Shown here: piece after piece, positions 14,535 to 27,415 of the stretch
Position numbering within the stretch: the stretch's first letter is position 1
How the letters are laid out: each line of letters starts with the position of its first letter
Source: Eledone cirrhosa
Taxonomy: Eukaryota
Assembly (NCBI GenBank): GCA_964016885.1
Contig: OZ024741.1
Location: forward strand, 49,786,001-49,850,000
Reading direction: 5' to 3'
DNA: 64,000 bases
Program-made: the position numbers and the translations under genes
The notes under the pieces: model-generated
Seen by the model: only the letters and a program-made list of their open reading frames with translations
What the model was told of the DNA's origin: nothing
Databases searched by the model: none

Positions 14535-16197
14535 AACCACATTTACTGTGTATACTGGGTGTTTTGGGTCATGTCACCTACTTGACCACATTTACTGTGT
14601 ATACTGGGTGTTTTTGGTCATGTCACCTACTTGACCACATTTACTGTGTATACTGGGTGTTTTTGGTCATGTCACCTACTTGACCACATTTACTGTGTAT
14701 ACTGGGTGTTTTTGGTCATGTCACCTACTTGACCACATTTACTGTGTATACTGGATGTTTTTGGTCATGTCACCTACTTGACCACATTTACTGTGTATAC
14801 TGGGTGTTTTTGGTCATGTCACCTACTTGACCACATTTACTGTGTATACTGGGTGTTTTTGGTCATGTCACCTACTTGACCACATTTACTGTGTATACTG
14901 GGTGTTTTTGGTCATGTCACCTACTTGACCACATTTACTGTGTATACTGGGTGTTTTTGGTCATGTCACCTACTTGACCACATTTACTGTGTATACTGGG
15001 TGTTTTTGGTCATGTCACCTACTTGACCACATTTACTGTGTATACTGGGTGTTTTTGGTCATGTCACCTACTTGACCACATTTACTATGTATACTGGGTG
15101 TTTTTGGTCATGTCACCTACTTGACCACATTTACTGTGTATACTGGGTGTTTTTGGTCATGTCACCTACTTGACCACATTTACTGTGTATACTGGGTGTT
15201 TTTGGTCATGTCACCTTCTTGACCACATTTACTGTGTATACTGGGTGTTTTTGGTCATGTCACCTACTTGATCACTTTACAGAGTGTACTGGGTGCTTTT
15301 TGTCATGTCACCTACTTGATCACTTTACAGAGTGTACTGGGTGCTTTTTGTCATGTCACCTACATGACCACTTTACAGAGTGTACTGGGTGCTTTTTGTC
15401 ATGTCACCTACATGACCACTTTACAGTGTATACTGGGTGCTTTTTGTCATGTCACCTACTTGACCACTTTACAGTGTGTACTGGGTGCTTTTTGTCATGT
15501 TACCTACATTACCACTTTACAGTGTGTACTGGGTGCTTTTTGTCATGTCACCTACTTGACCACTTTACAGTGTGTACTGGGTGCTTTTTGTCATGTTACC
15601 TACATTACCACTTTACAGTGTGTACTGGGTGCTTTTTGTCATGTCACCTACTTGACCACTTTACAGTGTGTACTGGGTGCTTTTTGTCATGTCACCTACT
15701 TGACCACTTTACAGTGTGTACTGGGTGCTTTTTGTCATGTTACCTACATTACCACTTTACAGTGTGTACTGGGTGCTTTTTGTCATGTTACCTACATTAC
15801 CACTTTACAGTGTGTACTGGGTGCTTTTTGTCATGTCACCTACTTGACCACTTTACAGTGTGTACTGGGTGCTTTTTGTTATGTCACCTACTTGACCACT
15901 TTACAGTGTGTACTGGGTGCCTTTTGTCATGTTACCTACATTACCACTTTACAGTGTGTACTGGGTGCTTTTTGTCATGTCACCTACTTGACCACTTTAC
16001 AGTGTGTACTGGGTGCTTTTTGTTATGTCACCTACTTGACCACTTTACAGTGTGTACTGGGTGCCTTTTGTCATGTTACCTACATTACCACTTTACAGTG
16101 TGTACTGGGTGCTTTTTGTTATGTCACCTACTTGACCACTTTACAGTGTGTACTGGGTGCTTTTTGTTGTGACATCTACATGACCACTTTACAGTGG
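14535..16197. repeat. Bipartite minisatellite: 49-bp units (to ~15270), then 48-bp units
   Basis: TGACCACATTTACTGTGTATACTGGGTGTTTTTGGTCATGTCACCTACT then TGACCACTTTACAGTGTGTACTGGGTGCTTTTTGTCATGTCACCTACT. Confidence 0.97.
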
Positions 16198-18221
16198 AGT
16201 GTTAGGATGTGGGAGGTGCAAGAGGGGGAGGGATGTGGAAAATGGAAATATTTGAGTTTACAATGTAACTCTGAATTATGTAATTAGGCTATCTGCACCT
16301 GTGAAGGGTTTTTTTGTTTGGGACACAGTGCCACACTAATGGTAAATCATTGTTCATTCTGTTAGTTGTCTGGTAGCCTAATAAGTCAACCATCTGCAAC
16401 TGTCCAATAGTATGATATGGCATGGTTCCATAACTCCCGGTGGTGTCGTTGGGGTGCCATATTGTCATATGGCTATTCTCAGGCATTTTAAGCCTGGCAG
16501 AGCCTATCCGTCTCCAGGCCTGAGTACAGCAGACTTCTTCCAGAGAAAGATAGAAAGTGAGAAAGAGATATAGAGGAAGAATCTACCCCAGTACTAGACT
16601 GGTACTTTTTATTGACCTCGAATGGATGAAAGGCAAAGTTGAACTTGGCAGGATTTGAACTCAGAGAGCCAGAAAGAATGACATAAATCATTCTATCCGA
16701 CGTTCTAATCATCACTTTACGTCTGCTTTTCCCTGCTTGTAAGGGTGGGACGGGTCCTATTGAGCATGGCATCTCTCCATTACTAACTAATAACTCTACC
16801 AAATCAAGTTATGTTTAATTGGTGTAAAAGGTTTTATATCTTGATATTTATTTTATCAACCAGCTTTGTTTCAGTTTGTTTTATAATGTACACTTATCAA
16901 GTGGAGGTATTTGACCTAGAGGTAAGGGTATTGCACTTATGATCATAGTGTTGGGTTGTGTGTTGTGTTCTTGAGTAAAACGTTTCATTTCACATTGCTC
17001 CAGTATACTTAGTTGAAAATGAGTACCAGTGATAGCTGGGAGTTTAACCCTGCAATAGACTGGCATCCTGTCCAGGGGGATGTCTTGTACTGACAGACAC
17101 TTCATGCTACGGGAACCAGGATAAACATTGGCCTGCTGGGCCTCCAGGCTCGAGACAGACTTTAAACTTATCACGGATATTGATTAGTTTTTTCAAGGTT
17201 ATATTATTGACAAGTTAGATTAATCATTAAACTCATTAAAATGTTAACAACTTTTATTCATCTAATTATGCATGTAATTTGAAATAATTTAAATTACTAT
17301 ATTTGCTGGCCTATTGGACACCCCTTCGTATGAGATGCCCCCTGGTTTTACAAGGACATTTTAAAAAAAAAGAATTTTACTACATTTCTTCATGAATTTA
17401 TTAAAAATTATTTCATTGTTTTCTCAGAAACTCTTATATAAGTTCAACATTATTTTGCTTATATAAATTGTATTGTATTACTGTATTAGTAATACTAATT
17501 GTAATGCAAACTACATTGTTTTTTAACCATGATTGTCCAGCCCTCCATTCAACCTCCCATCGGTGATATGGTCGTATTAGATGCAGAGAAGGGTTTTTTT
17601 TAATTAAAATAGTGCATCTAATAGGCCAGAAAATAGAATACTTTTCTAATTTCTTCTGCCTTAACCCTTTAGTATTTAAACCAGCCAGAATTTTCTCACC
17701 TTTTTTGTTTAAACCGGCTGTAACCAGCTGCTCATACTGATGTTAAGGTATTTTTCTCAAAATAAATAATATCAAAATTAGATAGATTTGATATTAAGTG
17801 AAATATATGAGGTAATGCCTTTACCAGAAAAATATAATAGTATATATAGAGTAATATAAATGCTAAAGGGTTAAATAGTGAAAAATCTTTTATAAATCAC
17901 TCATACAATTATTCAACTTGTTGATTTGATACTTAACCATATGTTTGTGTGACATGGCAGTATCGGTAGAGGGTCGGATGCCATGCTTTGACGCATAGAA
18001 TTACGGCCCTTTATGATTCAAATCCTGCCAAGGTTAACTTTGCCTTTTCTTCCTTATGGGGTCGATAAAATAAAGTACCACTGGGGTTGATTTAATAAAT
18101 TGCTGGCCTTGTGCCTATATAAGAAACCATTGTTTTAGAAAATGTTCAAAAGACATAAAATAAAACAGTTTTATTCAGTTTTTTTTTTTAAACCTTAATC
18201 CTATCAATTTGATCTCACTAG

Positions 18222-18431
18222 GTTGAACGTTCTAAAGATGTTCATATTGAACCTGTTGTGTCCGTTGACTGCTCCAACAAAAGAGTTATTCTTTATACTT
18301 GGACTATCAAGAATAAAACCACCGGAGAAATAGTGAAACCTGCAAATGTTACAAGTCAAGTATTTCATGAGAGAATCCTCTTTCTTCCAAGATTGACTCT
18401 TGAATATGGAAATTATACTGTTGATTTAGAA
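18222..18431 (+). CDS. PKD1L1: Exon E, REJ (VERSKDVHIEPVVSVDCSNKRVILYTW...LFLPRLTLEYGNYTVDLE)
   Basis: ctcactag acceptor, gtaagt donor, 210 nt, phase 0-0. Confidence 0.92.
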
Positions 18432-18469
18432 GTAAGTTACCATCTTTTAACCGTTTCATCACCATATCA

Positions 18470-18760
18470 TCATCATCATCACTGTTTAACGTCCATTTTT
18501 CCACGTTAGCATGAGTCAGACGAGTTTTCTTGTTGTGAGATAAGCCAGGTTCGATGACTATGTCTTGCTCATACAGAACTGATTTTGGCTTGGTTTCTAC
18601 AGCTGGATGCCCTTCTTAATGCCAACCATATTTACAATGTGTACTGGGTGCTTTTTGTCATAGCACCTACATGACCACTTTACAGTGTGGACTAGGTGCT
18701 TTTTGTCATGGTACCTACATGACCACTTTACAGTGTGGACTAGGTGCTTTTTGTCAGTAC
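18470..18760. mobile_element. Dispersed (CAT)n-tailed non-autonomous retroposon-like element with internal 48-bp unit; other copies ~9710, 14380, 29420-29840, 33660, 35100, 36005-36575, 37540, 56920
   Basis: Shared blocks catcatcat..tttaacgtcc..gcatggg and tttctacagctggatgcccttcctaacaccaacc in many copies on both strands. Confidence 0.8.
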
Positions 18761-19635
18761 TGAAGCAGAGCCACTGATCTCCCAGACAAGCCAGGGATCT
18801 GTATCTTGCTTATGTATGGTCTCACCTTTCACTGAGTGCACAAGAGAGGTTGTGATGTCTTTGATGGCATTATTGATGGCAGAGGTTGTAACTGAACAAT
18901 TGATTTACATGCACTGAACCAGGCATACAAACAGACTACAGACATACAAACCAGTCATACAAACCAGTCATACAGACCGGACGTGCTGACCGGACATGCA
19001 GATCAGACATACAGACAAATATACAAAACAACCAAATGTTTCATTTTCTGGATTTAATCAGTTGACCAGCCAAATTAATTTACTAGCCTCCTCCAGTTAT
19101 GCCTGATTACATTTGTAATTATATGCAGCCTTGAGTGAAGATTAATCATATTCATATTGAATAATTATGAAATAATAGCTTCTGTAAACAAATTCTGTTC
19201 TTTGAGTCTGATTCTATAATATGTGAGATAATAAATTGAAGAATAAATCTATATTTATCTCTTACACCGATCAAAACCAGATTTGGGTATAGCTACATTA
19301 TTATTGTTTATATTCAAATATAAGCTGAAGAATATGTGACCAAACAAATTGATGGTAAAATAGAGAGTTGGCTTATATACGCCATCTAAAGATCATGTGT
19401 TTATTAGCTGCCTCGGCTTATAAACGGAGTTTGAATTTTTGCCCATTTCTCAGACATAAAATAAAGGGGGTTGGCTTATATTGTGATTGGCTTATATTCC
19501 AGTATGGTATTTCAGTCATGTATGCCAATGTTTCCAGCTTGTTTTGTTAATGGGCATAGTGATTCCAAAGGAAGATTATAATGTTGACAAAATTTGTATT
19601 AATGCATATTTTTACAATTTTCTATTTATTAAAAG

Positions 19636-19817
19636 GTGAAAATCAATGAGACAATTGTGTACACCAAACTAAGTATGGGCCTCACCATTATACCATCCCC
19701 TCTCCACGGCATCATTGTAGGTGGAATTATGCGACATGTGTCTCGTGCTTCAGAAAAAATTGTTCTTGATGGATCCTATTCCAAAGATCCAGATTCTCTA
19801 ACCAAGAACCATCTCAG
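19636..19817 (+). CDS. PKD1L1: Exon F, REJ (VKINETIVYTKL...IIPSPLHGIIVGG...IVLDGSYSKDPDSLTKNHLR)
   Basis: aag acceptor, gtaatc donor, phase 0-2; LDGSxSxDPD motif. Confidence 0.92.
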
Positions 19818-21108
19818 GTAATCATATTTCAAGTTAAATGTTGACCTTTTTTAAAAAATACAAAAAAAAACATTCATCATCATTTTTACGTTCATTTTTC
19901 CAATCTTGCATGGGTTGGACAGGTCCTTTTCAGCACAGCATCTCTCTGTTCATCGTGTTCTCTTTTATTAAGGCAAGAATTTTACAACTTTGTATTTTCC
20001 TTTTACTAATACTGTCAAACCCATGCCTGTGTAAAAAAAAAACTATTAAAAAAACATGAACTTTAATGGTGAAGCAGTAGAAGCTAATTAGTTTTGTTCT
20101 ACATTGTAGGTTCAAATTGTATTAACCTTGCATTTGATATCTCTGGGCTCAATAACAAAAGTAATTGTCATATCATTATCATTGTCGTTTTAACATCTGC
20201 ATTCCCTGTTAGCAAGGGGTGGATGGGTTTACATAGACCAAGTCAGCACTAAAGTGAGGCCACCAACCTCCCAGACAGACTGAGGAGTTTGTATCCTGCT
20301 TACATATGATCCTATTGAGTGAAGAGAAGTTGTCATGTCTTTTAACACAAACTGAAGGGTCCTCCTAACCCCTTGTTTGACAAGCTTTCTATTGCTGAAT
20401 CCTATTCCTAACACCAATTAATTTACAGCATGTACTGGGTGCTTTTATTGTGTAGATCACCATATATATATATTTCTTTCGAATGAAACAGTTCTAGTCC
20501 TCTAGAAGCCGTTTCTATATTAAATGTTATATATATATATATAAATATAAAGCATCCAATAATTTTATTGTGTATTTGTGAAATTTACACAATTCTATTT
20601 GCTTTAATCTGCTTAGTTGACAACATTCAACCCCCTGACTCTAGCTTTAAGTGGCTAGCAAAAGAAGTATCCACCTGTGAAAGTAATCTCTAACTGTTTA
20701 TAAGCATTCAAAATGGGGAAGTAAAATGACTTGTCTGTACTAACAAAGTCACTTCTTCATTATGTCATAGTGACCCAGTGGATTATGAAATATTATTTTT
20801 AGGTCCTATTTGATCTGTTTATTCATTGAAAAAATTTTTCTTAAAGGAATTTGTAAAGTTAATATGAAATTCTAATAAATGAAATCTCACTTGACAAAAA
20901 CAAAGTCAGGTATGATAGAATGCTTTCTCACCCTCCAACCATAATCACTTTTACAAATCACAGCAAAGCCTTTTTATTCTATACTCTTTAATCATTATAA
21001 ATTTTCTCATTTGATCTGTTTTATACATTGAAGAATTTTTTCTTAAAAGAATTTTATTACCATTCCAATATTTGAAATAACCATTCATAATGTTTGGATT
21101 CTTTACAG

Positions 21109-21324
21109 ATATCAGTGGCACTGTTTACAGCTAAACAAAAAGGCTTCTTCTTGTTTCTCTGATAATAACATTGTGAAGAATGAATCCATCTTAGCATTTC
21201 CTGGCAGCTCTCTGACAACTGAACTGAATGATTTTGAGTTTCAACTTACTGTCTCGGTTCAAAATTCTGAGAAAGTGATTGTATCACAAGTTCTTCATGC
21301 CTCACGTAGACCAAATATTCTGAA
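21109..21324 (+). CDS. PKD1L1: Exon G, REJ (YQWHCLQLNKKASSCFSDNN...FEFQLTVSVQNSEKVIVSQVLHASRRPNIL)
   Basis: ctttacag acceptor, gtatgt donor, 216 nt, phase 2-2; absent from the ORF track. Confidence 0.9.
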
Positions 21325-22975
21325 GTATGTTAATTTTTAATATTCTCTTCATCTGTAGATTGCCAGTATCGGTAGAGCATCTGACACCTTGCTTAGCGAC
21401 GTAGAGTTACGGCCCTTTACAGCCAGTTCACATTCTGCCAAGATTAGCTTTGCCTTTCATCCTTACAGGGTCAATAAAATAAAATACCAGTAATGCACTG
21501 GGGTCGATTTAATTGACTTTCCCCTCCCCCAAAATTGTTGGCTTACTGCCTAAATCAGAAAACAATAATCTGTGAAATGAAAAACTAAAAACTAATATAT
21601 AGATATATATGTGCGTCTGTGTGTCCTGAGTTCAATCGGGGCTAACCACAGTAAGGTACTCAATATATTAGTAGAGTGTAAACATTATATATCATTATAT
21701 ATATATATATGACACCATGAAGATCAACATTTAACTCTTAACATCCTGTAATTATTTAGCAGAAAATATCTAAAAATGGGTTTGTTAATACAAATGTTTA
21801 TAGTGTTTTCGTTACTTGGCTTCATTGTGAATATTTGCAGTAAACTAAAGACTTTAAGTTTGATTTATATCATTAACTGAATGAGTCATTGTTGGGACTT
21901 AGGACTAATTTATTTGATATAATTTAATAGTTGAAGTTCATTGAACATCATGATCAGAATTCACATATGTATGTGGTAAGAAACTCACAGGAGAGCTGAA
22001 CAGCAGAATGTCTTCAGAGAAGAAACCCCTCGCAAGCGAGCGTTTCAACCCTTAACTTCTATGTTATAATATTCTGACTATTTGATGGTTTATATATTGT
22101 GCTGGATTTCTAATTGAACTCTCATATCATCTGACCATATGTTCTCATTGGTCACTTTCATAACATAGGTCTGGTTGAGCCAAAGTTTAAGGAAAAAACA
22201 TTTCATTATTTATCACACTGGGATTGTGAATGAAATCCATAATATATACAATTAATAATAATAATAATTGTTTCTACTTTAGGCACAAGGCCAGCAATTA
22301 CCCAGTATTACTGGTATTTTATTTTATCGACCCCGTAAGGATGAAAGGCAAAGTTAACCTCGGCGGGATTTGAACTCAGACCATAACTGTGCTAGAAAGC
22401 ATGGCGTCCAACTCTCTACCGATACTGCCAATTTACTGCCGTATTATAATAATAATAAAATGGTAATGCCAATAATAGTTGGAGTCTTAGGAACAGTGAG
22501 GAGATATGTTGATAAGTACATTAAACAAATAGGGATTGCAATACGGATGGAACGCTAACAAAAACAGCATTGCTTGGAACAGCTTGAATATGCTGGAGGG
22601 TACTTAAAAAATAAGGGGTGTTACCTCAGTTCACTGGTAGTGAACAGCTAACACTGTAATACATCTCCAGCGTTAGAAGCTGAACAAAGAAATAATAATA
22701 CTTTCGCCGCCTTAAGCTTTTTCTTTTTTCCTTCTCCTTTGGTTCTTGATAATAAGTATATAATATGAAAAGAAACTGAGGCAGTAAATTCAATAGTGAT
22801 TAGTGATTCAATATATTATTGTTTATTATTACAGATTAGTCTGAGTTCAAATCCCGCCGAGGTTAACTTTGCCTTTCATCCTTACGGGGTCGATAAAAAA
22901 TAAAGTACCAGTAATGCACTGGGTAATTGCTGGCCTTGTGCCTATAAGTAGAAACAATTATTACAGATTAAAAGG

Positions 22976-23170
22976 GCGGTGGATTGGCAGTATCGGTAGA
23001 GGGTCGAACGCCATGCTTTGACGTATAGAGTTACGGCCTTTGCCATTCTGAGTTCAAATCCCGCCGAGGTTAACTTTGCCTTTCATCCTTATGGGGTCGA
23101 TAAAAAATAAAGTACCAGTAATGCACTGGGTAAGTGTTGGCCTTGTGCCAAAAGTAGAAACAATTATTAC
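22976..23170 (+). mobile_element. tRNA-derived SINE (representative); other copies ~8275, 11320, 17955, 21360, 22265(-), 22840, 29050, 30225, 33120, 40785-41415(-, three), 43395, 45972, 52595
   Basis: A-box-like TGGCAGTATCGG, B-box GAGTTCAAATCC, core gcctttcatccttacggggtcgataaaataaagtaccag, (ATT)n tail. TSDs visible, e.g. attatctaactataatatt at ~29012 and ~29225. Confidence 0.9.
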
Positions 23171-23305
23171 AGATTAAAGATGGTATTCAGTGTTAGTAGG
23201 ATCAAATATTTTGTTTCAAGTATTTTATTTAATTTTTGTTCCTGTTCGTTTTATTCAATATGATGAATGCAACATTGTTTTCATTGATGAAACTTTTTTG
23301 TCTAG

Positions 23306-23649
23306 TGTGATGGTTGCATGTACAACATGTGTGAACAATGTGATGAATGCTAATGAGAAGCTGACACTAGAAACTACATGTAATAACTGTGGTGATGATG
23401 CAAATTCCCTGACATATGAATGGAAAGTCTTCCGAATTATTGATGATAAATACAATAGAAACTTCGGCGCTCATGACTATGGTAAATGTGTTGAAGCCAA
23501 TGGTTCATCTTACATACATATCAAATTGAATAACACCAAGGAAAACAACAACACTAACACAAATACTACACAACCACCAACTACAACTACAACTACATCA
23601 ACAACTTCATCAGCCATTCTGCCCAAAATGCCACCTATGTATGATCCAG
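23306..23649 (+). CDS. PKD1L1: Exon H, REJ plus start of Thr/Asn-rich insert (VMVACTTC...CNNCGDDANSLTYEWKV...TTTTTTSTTSSAILPKMPPMYDP)
   Basis: ttgtctag acceptor, gtatgt donor, phase 2-1. Confidence 0.92.
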
Positions 23650-24025
23650 GTATGTAGTCTTAAGATTTATCTTGTATAATTTTGTAATGATCAACAAAAT
23701 AGTTTTACTGGTGGCTTTGAAAATGGCTATGTCCTAGTTTGGATTTTTTAAAACTTCTTTTAGAACTGGTTAAAATCTGTGTTTTTGTTTTGCAGAGAAT
23801 CAAGAATCAGTTGTGTAAATGGGGTAGGAGTACAGTCATTTCAGTTGGCTTCAGTATATTACTGGGACTCGGGGACTCTGTTTAATCTAGACATTTCATT
23901 GTTGCAGTTAAAATGTAAAGCAGAACTGGAACACTTTGATTGATCATAGTTTTTCATAATGGCTGCCCTCATAAACAAGAAACTAATTTAGTGAAATAAA
24001 ATGGTCATTTTTTTTTTTTTTTTGC

Positions 24026-24242
24026 TTAACCCTTTAGCATTTACATTTCTTTATATATACTGTTGTATTTTTGTGGTAAAGGCTTTATCTTACATAATTA
24101 TCTCATATAATATTGAATCTACAAGATTTTGATGTTATTTATTTTGAGAACAATACCTTAACATCAGTATGAGTGGCCTGTTACGACCGGTTGGAACAGA
24201 AAGAGGTGAGAGATATGGCTAGTTTAAATGCTAAAGGGTTAA
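24026..24242. mobile_element. piggyBac-like MITE (representative); other copies ~9390-9612, 10172, 11195-11541, 17661-17874, 28418-28538, 30410-30620, 38187-38390, 57938-58154
   Basis: TTAA-CCCTTTAGCATTTA ... TAAATGCTAAAGGG-TTAA: terminal inverted repeats with CCC ends and TTAA target site. Confidence 0.85.
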
Positions 24243-24674
24243 ATGTTTCCTAGACTTCAAACCAATAACATTTCTTTTTGCCATGAAGAAGAAAAGTTTC
24301 TGAGATGTTTGTGCCATACTTATTTTTTTATTCTTTCATACAAAATTTTAGTATTAACATATTACTTAGCACATGACCTAGGATGTTGACTCATGATCAT
24401 AAGGTTATGAGCTTCATTCATGAACTGGGTGGCAAGTTGTATTTTTGAGGAAAATACTTATATTTCATATAGCTCCTTCTGCTAAATGTTGCAACTGGCA
24501 GATATTAGCATTGGAAAAACTTGTGGAAACATTTTCTCTTTGATCCAATCTGACAATCAGCACCTTTCCTTTTCATATCACATTAAAATTGTTAAATCCT
24601 TGTTGAAATATCATCATCATCGTTTAACGTCCATATATATATATATATTTTTTTTTTTTTGCTACCATTTCTAG

Positions 24675-24716
24675 TTGGAAGAATAGCGGAAGGCCCTTTT
24701 CCAGAATACATAGATG
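24675..24716 (+). CDS. PKD1L1: Micro-exon W, 42 nt ((V)GRIAEGPFPEYID)
   Basis: poly-T...catttctag acceptor, G|gtaagt donor, phase 1-1, open frame. Confidence 0.7.
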
Positions 24717-25680
24717 GTAAGTTTGGTATTGCTTCTATATTTTCTTTCTTGTCTAATTTTCATTTTTAGAATGTTTTAAATAAGGTCCTTAAATGAGTTG
24801 TAACTAGGTATCTAAAATCAGGAGCTTTAGAATCTCCTTTCTCTCCCTTTTCTCTAATACAGCAGTTAAAATTGTTGTATTATGTGGGCTTCATATTTTT
24901 TTTTGGGGGGGCCCTTTTGTTATAATTATTGATTGTTTGATAAAGTATTTGAACAACTTTTATTGATTCAAAATTACAGTCCATTGTATATATTTACAAA
25001 CTAGAAGAGAGAAAACTGGAAAAAAGGCAGCATACTATTTTTTTTTAGTATTTCATATACTCTCAGATTCCAAATAATGGGAGGGTTGGAATAAGATAGA
25101 GGGAGGGGGTCGCTAATTTTTCTAGGTTATCTCTGAAAAACCAAAATTAGTTGTTTAATTTACATATTGAGATTAAATTTTGCTAATCTATCTCCTGCAA
25201 AATGTTATTTTCTGCAACAAGTAATTTTCTTTAGGCATTAAAAAACATTATACATGTCAAAAGAAGTATATTACTAGAAATCCCTTTTATTATAAAATAA
25301 ATAGGATGGGTTTGGGGGTTTCAATATGTAAAACAAATGACTAATTCTGGGGGGGGGGTTTTAAATCAACGGAGGCAACCTAGAAAAATTATCAATTTTT
25401 TAATCCCCTCATGTATTTATTCCAACTTCCCCGTTTATTCCAGCCTCCCACTTATTCCAACCCCACCTATTATTTGGGGCCCGAGAGTAGACGATATTCA
25501 TCTTAAACAGAGGTATTTTGGATATATTAGGATGAAGTAACATTTCAAAAAGACATGGTCTTCCAATATTTTACTCTGTCCATAATGATCAGAACTAAAT
25601 TTTTATCTTATTTTCCTTTTTGTGTGAAGAGACTTACAAATTTTATATTTCTCTTATGTACTAACATTTTCTTCCTACAG

Positions 25681-25728
25681 AGGTTTTTGAAGAAAAACCT
25701 AAAGGTAGCAGACCAGATCGTAGGCAAA
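25681..25728 (+). CDS. PKD1L1: Micro-exon X1, 48 nt ((E)VFEEKPKGSRPDRRQ)
   Basis: Perfect TACTAAC branch point, ttttcttcctacag acceptor, gtaagc donor, phase 1-1. Confidence 0.78.
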
Positions 25729-26690
25729 GTAAGCAGAATTTTCATAAATTTTGATTTTTTTTTGCTTTTCTCTCTTTTTTTTTTTTTTTTTCATTTCTTA
25801 TCAGAGAAAATCTCTCAACCAATATCAATCACTCTTACTCATCTACACCATGATGGATATCAATAGAATACCATTTTATTTTGTGAACACAGAATTAACA
25901 TTAAAGATAAAATTAAAAGTAGATCAATCAAGGTGTTTTTATACTTAGGAATTACTTGTTGATTCCTAAGTTGTTGTATTTCCTCAGAGTTAGTCCTTCT
26001 TACAGATTCTTGTCTCTCCAACACTTTGACTTAATCTTGGGCCGCTGATAGCAAAGTTCTTATCGTTGGTGGCTTGCCTTATCGATGTATCAGGTTATGC
26101 CCGTGAGGGTGTCTGGTTGTTTCAGTGCCTTAGCCCCACTATCACCTGCAGTAATGCTGCGAGTGTGTTGGCTTACCTCAAAAATTTCTGTTGACCCTTC
26201 TGGTGTATGGTATGGTGTGGTGTGCAGCCAATTATTACACTTGGTGGTAAATTGATGGTTGTTATTGTTTGTTTGTTTTTTTCCTTTTCTTTTTCTCTCA
26301 CTTCGATCATACACTTTTGTGCATTATATTTGTGAGGACCCTAGCAATAATTAATTATATTTGTTATATGTGACCCTCACATATTTTCATTCAGTAAGAA
26401 TTATAAACAATTTTTAATGTTATTGATTAATCTGCAAATGGTTATTGATGTTTTCGATAAATCAAAACAATGATGAAATGAATAAATTGATTTGAACTAT
26501 TTTACAAAGCTAACCAGGTGCACTTCATCAAGGCATCAATACTTAATTTTTAATTATTATTTATCAATATTATTATTGTTATGTCTACAATATATTATGT
26601 CTTGACTTTTAATCCATAGTTCATCAGTTAGTTGTTTCATCAATCATATAAATGTTGGCTGAAAATAGAATATATCTTCAATTGTATTCC

Positions 26691-27105
26691 CTCAAACCAC
26701 GGTACTGTGGTCTGCAATGCAGGGGACAAGAAGACAAACAAATACCAGAGATTGTCCGGTCACTTCCTCTTCGCACCAGTTGCCAGTGAGACATCAGGCA
26801 TCCTTGGATCTTGTACTGCCGAGCTCCACCACAAAAACAGAACATCAGCAGCTCGTCTGAGGAAGAAACTCCACGAGGTGGGGTGGCTGTTGCAGTGGGC
26901 GTCACTGGCTATTATTCGCGGAATGTTTTTGCAGTTTTGTCCGCGGGACGCAACCTCAACATCACCATGCTCTAGGTCCAGAGCCCCTCATCTTCTTCCT
27001 TTCCCTCTCCATTTCTTCTGTGGTCCTAGAGTCCTTGCTTTTCACCTCCTTTTCCTCTCATTTATGGCTTTTATAGTCCTTTTCTCCTTCTAATTTTAAA
27101 TAGTA
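26691..27105 (+). mobile_element. CRE-like non-LTR retrotransposon 3' fragment inserted in one copy of the local duplication
   Basis: KKTNKYQRL..HFLFAPVASETSG...LLQWASLAIIRG. The segment is absent at the homologous position (~30738) of the second copy. Confidence 0.55.
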
Positions 27106-27212
27106 TTTTATTAGATATATAAACCAGAGTAGGAGAATATATGATAAAATGGCAGTTATGGAAATTTTTGATTTCTGTGAATTTTCACTATTTTTTTTTT
27201 TTCAATTTTTAG

Positions 27213-27248
27213 TCGACATCCCATTGCATCCTCTTCAGGAGGAAACTG
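27213..27248 (+). CDS. PKD1L1: Micro-exon Y1, 36 nt ((I)DIPLHPLQEET)
   Basis: poly-T acceptor tttttag, G|gtatgt donor, phase 1-1. Confidence 0.72.
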
Positions 27249-27367
27249 GTATGTTTAATTTTTTACTTCATTATTTCCATGTTGAAGTTGAATAATATTT
27301 TCATTTTTGTGTGAAGAGACTTACAAATTTTATATTTCTCTTATGTACTAACATTTTCTTCCTACAG

Positions 27368-27415
27368 AGGTTTTTGAAGAAAAACCTAAAGGTAGCAGAC
27401 CAGATCGTAGGCAAA
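27368..27415 (+). CDS. PKD1L1: Micro-exon X2, 48 nt, identical to X1
   Basis: Same branch point, acceptor, exon and donor sequence as 25681-25728. Confidence 0.75.

Noticed and set aside
15219-16287. 317- and 339-aa Cys/His-rich repeat ORFs (zinc-finger or metallothionein-like)
   Set aside because: Artefact of a stop-free 48-bp (16-codon) minisatellite open in two frames; no splice sites link it to the gene.
22976-23065. tRNA gene
   Set aside because: A and B boxes belong to a multicopy SINE head; no full cloverleaf.
23796-23820. Strong acceptor ttttgttttgcag after exon H
   Set aside because: The phase-1 reading hits TAA within 7 codons and there is no phase-compatible donor.
25555-25866. 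ORF-track proteins at 25555 and 27311 as duplicated small genes
   Set aside because: They read through intron sequence in a different frame from the splice-defined 48-nt exon.
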